64,000 bases of DNA from assembly GCF_009914755.1 (NCBI RefSeq), contig NC_060928.1, one strand, 5' to 3'. The DNA comes from the human T2T-CHM13v2.0 reference genome, Homo sapiens. Under the pieces are notes generated by a model, which ran no database searches, was not told the origin of the DNA, and worked only from the letters and a program-made list of their open reading frames with translations. This document shows, piece by piece, positions 54,997 to 64,000 of this stretch (positions within the stretch are counted from its first letter, which is position 1; each line of letters begins with the position of its first letter). A program made the translations under genes and the position numbers.

Positions 54997-55352
54997 TTTA
55001 TTTCATTAATTGGTTAATCTATTATTGAGGCTGGTAAGTCCAGAATCTGCAAGGGAGGCCATCCTGCTGGAGTCCCAGGGAGGAGCTAATATTGCAGTTC
55101 AAGCCCAAAGGCCATCTGCTCTAGAATTCCCTCCTGTTTGGGAGAAGTCAGTCTTTTGTTCTACTCCAGTCTTCACTGCTTGGATAAGGCCCACCCACAT
55201 TATGGAAGGCCATCTGCTTTACTCAAAGCCCCATTAATTTAAATGTTGATCTTATTCAAAAGCACCCTCACAGAAACATCCAGAGTAGTGTTTGACCAAA
55301 TATATGGGCATGGGGGCCCAGCAAAATTGACAGATAAAATTAATCATTCCCA
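54926..55352 (-). mobile_element. MLT2 LTR lacking its 3' tail, with (TG)n(AG)n
   Basis: gaggctggtaagtccagaatctgc...ggcccacccacattatggaaggccatctgctttactcaaag...taaaattaatcattcc. Confidence 0.88.
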
Positions 55353-56874
55353 CGTCAGACAGGATATTCTGTGTACAATACAGGGTATAATTACAGTTAA
55401 GAGGAAAAATACTATATTTCCTAGTAGCATTAAATTTATATTTTATATGTACTTTATAATAAAATTGTAGCTGTTTTTCCAGTGAATCTTTAAAACAGAA
55501 GTTGCTTCCTTCACACCCTTAAGAAGTATGGCAGGCAGACAGCAAGCAGAATGGTCTCCCTTTCTGGTAATATTTCTGAAGGAGACTCCATTCCACCTCC
55601 TCAAAAGCTAGATGTGACATGTTTACCTTCAACATTCAAATTCAGCTTTGAGAATTTTATCAAACATCTTGAGATAATTTTTCTTACATAACCAAGCTTG
55701 GAAACCACCAATACACTGAAAAAATCACACAGCCTCTTCCTGTCAAAAACCAGTAGAGATTTTGCTCTGTTGAGCTACGTATAAAAGAAGGAGAAAATGA
55801 CCCAGAGCCAGGAAACAAGGAATTATTTTTAAACCTATTGATCAACTTTCCCCACAAACCTCTAAACTCATTCATTTAGATTCCATCTGCTTAACTGATC
55901 TTTATAGGACCTATTGAGAGATGAGTAATAACAGTAACTAGGAAAAAGCTCACTTTGAAGTCCACCCGTCCTCACCCAGGAGCTCACAGTGCTTCAAAGA
56001 CTCCGGGGTACAGGCTCTAAGAGCAGCTGCAAAGCCCTCTGGGAGTAGGGAGCAGGGCAGAGATAAAGGCAAAATTAACCTTCTAGCAATTTCCCGCTTT
56101 GAGGACTTAAGTCAGCGTTTAATCTCATTGGGATGTGGTTTTTCCTGTTGGCTTTTTAAAATTAAATTTGTCAAATACAATTCACCTAATCTTATATATA
56201 GTATTCTTATTAGCGTATTACCATGTAAAATATATTATCATTATAGGACAATTACAAAGGCTAAAGCTCAGAAAAATAGAGCAATTATCATCACTCATAG
56301 ATCCATGGACAGCAGTATGGCATAATGGAGAAAGAAGTATAATAAATTTGATTTCAAAAACCATATCCACCTTCTTCCCAGCCAGGCGTTTCTTAGGGTT
56401 TCTGCCCCAATCTCACTGGCCTTTCTCCTATCTCTCTGGGGAAGGAGGAGAGTTATATAGGGTGAACCTTATCCCCTCTCTGCATCTGGAAGACTGACTC
56501 AGCAGGTGCACATGAGGCCCAAGAGAGAACAGCACCCCAAGTATTTCACTCATCAAGAACTTTGTGATATTATATGTATCATGCTGATAGGTTGTATTTA
56601 AAAATTAACCTGGTATAGTCTTATCCTCAATCCTGCATTTTATTCTTCCAATAAATAACAAGCCCTTTTTCTCCAGATCTATTTCTTATGCTTCCTTTGT
56701 TTCCTTGATATTGATTTCCACAGAGCTGAGCACATAGAAGGACTAAATGAACATGTAATAATCTACTGTCTTTTTTTTTTTAATTTCTGGCGTAGGCAGA
56801 CTGAAGTGAAAGAGGAAAAGGTGGATGCTTAATTCAATGTGTTATTATGGTTTTTGTTTGGTTGACTGGTTTGG

Positions 56875-57152
56875 GGTTTTTTTTGGAATTGTTTTTAGAG
56901 ACAGGGGTCTCACTCTGTCACCCAGGCTGGAGTGCAGTGGCACAGTCACAGCTCACTGCAGCCCTGACCTCCTGAGCTCAAGCAATCCTTTCACCCCAGC
57001 CTCCTGAGTTTCTGGGACTACAGGTACAAGACACCATGCCTAATTTTTTATTTTTTATGTTTAGTAGAGACGAGGTCTTGCTATGTTGCCCAGGCTGGTT
57101 TCAAACTGCTGGGTTCAAGTGATCCTCCTGCCTCAGCCTCCCAAGATGTTGG
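56875..57152 (-). mobile_element. AluJ
   Basis: gagacaggggtctcactctgtcacccaggctggagtgcagtggcacagtcacagctcactgcagcc. Confidence 0.92.
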
Positions 57153-57399
57153 GTGGTTTTACTAAAGTGGAAAAACCAGTGAAGCATACTGCCTGTTTTT
57201 TATTGAACATTTCACTGTGGATCTCAGGCATCATAATATTCTAGGGTTGTGAAAATAAGACCCACTCCACAGGTTAGGGAAAAAAGGGTGGCAATTGAGA
57301 ATTTCACATGTGCGGTTACAGGTTTATGATAAGCTCCACATCCCCTTTCTCTTTCTGTGCGCTTCCCTGGAGCGCTCTAACTAGCCCATGACCCATCTC

Positions 57400-57817
57400 T
57401 CCCACTGTGGACCTCAAAGCCTTCTACGCCCAGCCCTGGGCCATAGCCAAGTGAATAGGGAAGACACTTGATTTAAACCAGGCAATCAGACTTGAAACTG
57501 GGATGGTCTCTCTGTGTGGCTGCAGCAATAATTTTAACTCTGGGACCAACATTCCACAGTGCAGCAGATATTCCACCGGGCATATTGGTGAGCAAAGAAA
57601 GCTGGTCCCAAAGAGAATGAAGCTATTGGGCAGAAAGGAGAAAAGGAGAGAGATGATGAAAATCCCAGTGTCTAGGCCTAGCTCCTTTCTGAGGTCTGCC
57701 TACCTTCCTGCCTTTGGGCCTATGATTCATTCGTGCATTCTTACAAATAAGTTATTTTTTGTTCAGCCAGTTTGAATTGATTTCTGTTTATTACAACCAA
57801 GAGTCCAAGTTGATACA
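57400..57817 (+). mobile_element. Old MLT1-type LTR
   Basis: 3' end cagccagtttgaattgatttctgtttattacaaccaagagtccaagttgataca. Confidence 0.65.
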
Positions 57818-58744
57818 ATGGTGATCCATCTATTCTGGAAGGCAAAGGGGAAAAGAAGAAGAAAACATAACCTGGTGCCTTTTTGGACAGATAAATTTAT
57901 AATAAAAAATTATTTCTTCTCAGTGGAGCCTTTTGAGCCAACTCAGGCATCTGGTATTTCAGTTAACCACATACACAACCCATCATTATCATCTTCTGGC
58001 TTCTTAAAGCTGAAATACAGTAACCCCGAAGTGTGAATAAATTCTATACAGCATGTTCTTTTTCCTTTAGCCTAGTAGATGCACAGTTGCCCTCTGAGAC
58101 TGTGCTATTTTTTACAGGCCATAAAAGAATATTCATTACTGTTGGTGGGATCACATATATTCTTGGGGGGAGCCACCCATCATGAATATATAAGAGGAAA
58201 CAAGGTTACCCTCCCATGTTTGCCTACTTTTAAACTTTATTTTTATTCTCATTGTCTTTGTTAATCTTCTCATACATGCTGAAAATTCTTATTGGTCCGT
58301 CATCTATTTCTATACCTTTAATAAATGGTTCCTTACCATTTTTCTACCATCATCATGGCTCTTCCTTACTGTTCCCACAGTATATATGCTTCTATGATAT
58401 TGTATTCTAAAACACACAAGTTAGTATGTATTTTTAATTCTCTTATCTCTCCCACCAGGCTGGAAGCTACTTACTGGAAAAGGCTGTGCCTTAATTGCTA
58501 TACTCTTACTATCTCATACATTGACTAGAAACAAATGTTTGATGAATGGACAAGTGTATGAGTAAGTGAATGAACAAATGGCTTTGCTCCATCTAACATT
58601 TCTGATAGTCCAGTCCTATATTTTAAATGTGTTCTCCCTTTCTTTTCTATCAGAACAAATGACTAGCATGCTCTCTGACTGAGCTTCTATAATTATATCC
58701 TTTTTCATTTAACATCCTATTCTTATCAAGTTTTCTTAAGACAG

Positions 58745-59195
58745 TATGATGATCTTTTGATGTGTCAATCTGGCGAGGCTACAGTCCCAGTCATTCAATT
58801 AAACATTAATCTAGTTGTTGCTGTGAAGGTATTTTGTAGTTGTGATTAAAGGCCATAATCAGTTGACTTTAACAGAGATTTTCCTAGATGATCTGGGTGG
58901 TACTGATTCAATCTGCTGAAAGTCGTTAAGAGCAGGACTGAAAAAAAGAAGAGATTCCCACTGTGGGTAGCAGCTTCAGCCCAAGCATGAGAGTTCTAGC
59001 TTTCCTTTCTGGACAGCCTGACCTATGGATTTCAGAATTGACTAGCCAGACCCACGACTGTATAATGAATGGAGCAGCCAATACAAGGCTTGATTCTATG
59101 TATAGCCAACTGTTAATCTGTGTATCAGTCAGGGTTCACCCAAAGAAAGCAGAACCAGTAGGAGACACAGATTAAGAGATTTATTGCAAGAAAGC
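58745..59195 (+). mobile_element. MLT2D-like LTR with inverted 3' tail
   Basis: Body gatgtgtcaatctggcgaggctacagtccc...gttgctgtgaaggtattttgtag is on +; tail tgtatcagtcagggttc...gagatttattgcaag at 59121-59195 is on -. Confidence 0.85.
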
Positions 59196-59701
59196 TAGAA
59201 CACTCAGTTGTTGCTGTAGCTGAACTTTTAAGGGGTATTTTATTCACTTTACATTTCACATCTATTGTCATTTTTGTGGCACGTAACTATTGTTAATGCC
59301 ATTTACCAGCTTCGTCATTTTATATCCATGTTGTAAATTTGATTCGAATGTTGTGCTTCAATCTCATCTTCTGGCTGATTTATTCCAAGTAGCTGGCTTC
59401 ATGTATCAGATATCGGTTGCTGTGGGCTCCACCGTTTTTTCTCAAGATATAAATTCTTCCCTCAAACTGTCATTCTTACAGTACAGAAAGATGTATGTCC
59501 TTAAATAATTTTTCCATTCCACATATCTTTTGAGGAGGATGTGCATTCACAATTTATTTTTTATGAACATCTTCCAACTCAGATTCCATGCAAGAGAAAT
59601 CTTACCTATGAACAGCTCTCCTTTCCTCCTTCATCAACAATGGGTTTCCACTTTGTATCTGGTTTCATTGTTGGAACTAAAATTACATCAAGTTTCTCTT
59701 C

Positions 59702-60093
59702 TGTATTAGGCCATTCTTGCATTGCCATAAAGAAATACCTGAGGCTGAGTAATTTACAATGAAAAGAGGTTTAATTGGCTGATGGTTCTGCAGACAGTCC
59801 AAGAAGCAGGGTGCCAGCATCCACTTCTGGTGAGGGCCTCAGGAATCTTACAATCATGGTGGAAGGTGAAGGGGGAGCAGGCACATCACAAGGCAAGGGG
59901 GGGGAGGTGACAGGAAATTGCCACACACTTATAAACAAGCAGATTTCGTGAGAACTCACTATCACGAGTTTAGTACCAAGCCATGAGGTATCTACTCCCA
60001 TGACTGACCACCTCCCACCAGACCCCACCTCCAACACTGGGGATTACAATTCAACATGAGATTTGGGCAGGAACAAATATCCAAACCATGTCA
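59702..60093 (-). mobile_element. MSTA-like solo LTR
   Basis: tgtattaggccattcttgcattgccataaagaaatacctgag...ccaaaccatgtca; perfect TSD tcttc. Confidence 0.93.
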
Positions 60094-61129
60094 TCTTCTT
60101 TCCAGCCACATAAACTGCACTCTTAGTCTTCCACAATTTATTCTTGTTTTTCCCTTACATTCTAGAAAAGCCACATACTTTATTATTTTTGTGTGATATG
60201 TGCCTACTGTAACTTGCACATATATTCTTTCCTAAGAACATGTTTTATCCACTCCCATCTCCCCATGTTCTAGGTAAAAACCTACTTTTCTATTATTATA
60301 TTTCCCCTCTCTCTTCCTTGGTTCCCTTTTGCTGCCTCTTCTAATATTTCCAATTTACATTGATTGTGCAGATCAAGCTTGCTTGCTTGGCTTAGTTTTA
60401 AAAATGTTGATCAAGTAACCATTATATGGCAGACAGAACACTGAGGTAGATAAAAAGTTTCTTGTTATTTAAAGAGCTAAGAGTAAGGAAAGGCCTAGGA
60501 ACAACTAAGTTACAAAGCATGCGTTTAGTTCTGGCTTCAGCTAACACAGTAGCATCTTGCTTTTAGTGGTAACCAGTTCTAAATATCTTGCATGCTGCAT
60601 TTATTAGAGAAAAGATCTTTTTAAAATGTCATTCTCCTGCTTAAAATTCTTCAGTGAATCTTCAGTCTGAAGGATGGAATCCAAACTACTTAGGAGGTCA
60701 TTCATCCTCTGGTCTTCGACTACTACTTGTGCCTCATCTTACATCATACTTCCATTGCCCTATGTCTCTGTGTATACATGTGCATGTTCAGGTACAGGTG
60801 GGCAGTGGGGTGGGTGAGCTAGGCCAGAAGGCTTAAAGGAAAATAAAATCTGAAAGCCTAGTGGGAGAGGTAGAAAACATGACCAAATTTGGAAGTGGGT
60901 GCAGGTGGTTATTGAAATCAAGTATGAGCCAGATTTTGGAGACCAAGTGAAGGCAAGTGGGTCAGAATCAAAGCGTAGAGTGCTCGTGAAATCCCTGAAC
61001 TCTATCAGCTAGACTTTGCAGCTTGTGTTCACAGTTATCTACATTTAAAAAGGCTAGAATAAGGTGAAGGTTGGTGCATGGCCTTCTCCTGTAATCCTTC
61101 CCTGTTCAGTGGGTCTCAAGGCCATTCTG

Positions 61130-62450
61130 GATTTATCAGATGGTATACACTAGCATGGCCAAGGAATTGTCCAGGTGAGAGGTAGGCTGAGGCCCATACC
61201 TTTCCCTTGAATCAGGTGTTGAAAAGGATTATTGTCCTCTGGGATGGTAAAGTCCACTCCTATATACTCTCTGTCTGCCTAAGGCTGTGATGACTAGGCT
61301 GAGAATGGATGTGAGGGCAGAATTTCTGAGGGGCAGTTGTGATGGGGAGCAGTGAAAGCCAGGGTGAGCCTACAAGCACAGGATATTAGAAATGGAATGC
61401 CATCATTTTTGTTTGCTTGTTTTAAAATAGTTCAAAAGAGTGGTCCCCAGATCCTTTTATAGGAAAGATTCTATATTCGTGCTTGGAAAATAAGGTTTCT
61501 TCCATTCAGACTGCTTTCCTGATGACCAGGTCTATAAGAATTAGCACCAAATTGCCTCTTGACATAAAAAGGGTATCTTACAAATCTTCTTGAATAACTG
61601 GCAGTTTTTCCAGGTACCTGCCAGATATTGAAGTTGTAGTATTTGGAGGTGCAATAAAAAATAGAGAAAGAAGCTGTAGGATTTTCTGTATTGAGGAGGG
61701 TTTTAAATCATTATATGTTAGGTTTAACAGTGTTGAGATACATGGAATGGCAGGTTATATGTAGAAGGGGCCAGGATTCTACTAACATGTTACATTGGAC
61801 AATCAGCATGAAGATTAGGATCCCAGGATGGATGATTCTGGACACACAAGATTTTGAACTGTGCCTTCTAGATTCATCATATAAATTGATACCTGGAATC
61901 AGAGTTCAAGCATTAATTGTATAGGGAGGAATCTCCCTAATGAACAGAGTACGAAAACTCTGTAACTATTATGTGCTTCTCTGTGTTCTACCATCTTAGT
62001 AAGGGCAGACCCATTGTAGCTGTGGGATGGAGGCAGGTTCATGGTGAAATCCATCATAATGGCAATCTATCAGTCCTTGTGGATTAGGAGAAAATCTATT
62101 CTCCACTTTGGAATTTTGGATGTATCTGGTCCATGCACATTTGTTCCAATGACTGGTGTGTGTAGGAATGGGTCTTATCATTAATCAGGCTACCAGAAGT
62201 CTGTATAATCATGTTCAGGGTCTTGAATGGTTATTAAAGGTCAGCCAGTAGTAATATGGCAATAAGGCAGAGCTGTAGTATTTGAGTTACCTGCTCATAT
62301 ACAGAAATAACTAAATGACAGATAATTCATTAAAAAAGATCCTCCCATCTCTTTATTTAATATCTTTTGGGGGCCATTCTTGGGTAAGTCTGAATTTCAG
62401 CAAGTTCTCAGCATCTTCTGGCTGCTGGGAAATCTACCTGATTTCCTCCA
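61130..62450 (-). mobile_element. Fossil Ty3/Gypsy (chromovirus/sushi-like) pol: integrase with GPY/F motif and chromodomain, disrupted by stops and frameshifts
   Basis: Manual minus-strand translation gives collinear motifs KTLNMII-DFW*P, MDFTMNLPPS, LFIREI, SDSRYQFI**I*KAQFKIL, YRPG, WGPLF, HPGFHCS and QHLIQGKGYGP. Confidence 0.8.
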
Positions 62451-62466
62451 AAAACAAAAATCTGCT

Positions 62467-63902
62467 ATAAAAAGCAACACATACACCAAGGGAACAGAAT
62501 AGAGATTCCAGAAGTAAGTCCATGCATTTATAGTCAACTGATTTCAACAGACACCAAGAAAATACAATGGGAAAAAGGACTGTCTCTTCAATAAACAATA
62601 TTGGGAAAACTAGATATCCACAGGCAGGAAAATGAAAGTAGACCCTCATTTCTCATCATATACAAAAATCAACTTAAAATAGATTAAAGACTTAAACATA
62701 AGAACTGAAACCATGAAGCTACTAGAAGAAAATACAGGGGAAACAAGACTGGTCTGGGCTATAACCCCAAAAGCACAGAAAACAAAAGCAAAAGTAGACA
62801 AATGGGATTACGTCAAACTAAAAAGCTTCTGCACAGCAAAGGAAACAATCAAGAGAGTGAAGAGACAGCCTACAGAATGAAAGAAAGTATTTGTAAACCA
62901 TACATCTGATAAGGGATTAATATGGAAATATATAAGGAACTCAACTCAATAAGAAGAAAACAACCCAATTTAAAAATGTGCAAAAGATCCCAACAGGTAT
63001 TTCTCAAAAGAAGACATACAAACAGTCAATAAGTTTCTGAAAAAAACTGCTCAACATCACTAATCATCAGGGAAATGCAAATCTAAACCACAATGAGATA
63101 TTATCTCACTCCTGTTAGAATGGCTATTATAAGAAAGACAAAGATAACAAGTGTTGGTGAGGATGTGGAGAAAAGGGAACTCTTGCACACTGTTGGTGGG
63201 AATGTAAATTAGTGCAGCCATTACAGAAAACAATATGGAGGTTCCTCAAAATATTAAAAATAGAACTACCATAAGATCCAGCAATCCCACTACTGGGTAT
63301 ACATCCAAAGGAAATGAATGAAATCAGTATGCTGAAGAGACAGCTGCACTCCCATGTTTATTGTAGCACTATTCACAATAACCAAAATATGGAATCAACC
63401 TAAGTGTCCATCAACAGATGAATGGATAATGAAAATGTGGTATATATACACATATATAGAATATGACTCCACCATAATAAAGAACAAAATCCTATCATTT
63501 TCAACAACATGGATGAACTGGAGGACATTATGGTAAGTGAACTAAGCCAGACACAGAAAGACAAACACTGCATGATCTCACTCATATGTGGAATCTGAAA
63601 AAGTTGGTCTCATGGAAGTGGAGAGCAAAATGGTGGTTATCAGAGGCCAGGGTACTTAGGGAGAGGGGGAATGGGGAGATGTTGGTCAAGGGACATATAA
63701 TTACAGTTAGATAGGAAGAATAACTTCAAGAGATGTACTGTAAAGCATGGTGATGATTAATGATGATATATTGGATTCTTGAAAAAAAAAGCAGAGGTAG
63801 TAGTATGTGAGGTAATGCATTTGTTAATTACCTAGATTTAACTATTCCTCAATGTATATGTACTTCAATACATCATGTTGCACACAATAAATATATGATT
63901 TT
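62467..63902 (+). mobile_element. L1MA 3' 1.4 kb
   Basis: ORF2p C-terminus [24 protein letters not shown] plus L1MA 3'UTR; TSD aaa(a/g)tctgct at 62457-62466 and 63903-63912. Confidence 0.95.
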
Positions 63903-64000
63903 AAAGTCTGCTTAATGGCAGATTTGGCAGCTGCTAAATGAATTCAAAGACATAAGTTACATCTTTGATCTTCAGTGCATCTTTCAGAGTTTGAAACTTC

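Noticed and set aside
61996-62181. 61-aa minus ORF as an intact domesticated integrase gene
   Set aside because: It is mostly out of the integrase frame, and the fossil has many stops and frameshifts including loss of the catalytic E, so it is not coding in this genome

Overview
Primate (probably human) non-coding genomic DNA, AT-rich and densely filled with interspersed repeats: Alu (J, S and Y, so a catarrhine/hominoid source), L1 (L1PA/L1MA/L1MB/L1ME), L2, MIR, MaLR/ERVL LTRs (MST/THE1, MLT1, MLT2, LTR16) and DNA-transposon MITEs (MER2, MER5, MER20, MER58, MER81, MER91, MADE2). I find no credible host protein-coding exon, RNA gene or CpG island. The listed ORFs are chance, microsatellite or repeat-derived. 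The most notable feature is a heavily decayed Ty3/Gypsy chromovirus-like integrase on the minus strand at about 61.1-62.45 kb. It shows a zinc-finger region, a D,D(35)E core, a GPY/F motif and a chromodomain, and it is split by an L1MA insertion. Other oddities are an L1PA with a 61-bp target-site duplication, a probable micro-inversion in an MLT2 LTR, a twin-primed L1, two short unique-sequence tandem duplications and a GATA-site cluster. Repeat subfamily names come from recalled consensus sequences, and boundaries are approximate unless a TSD is quoted.
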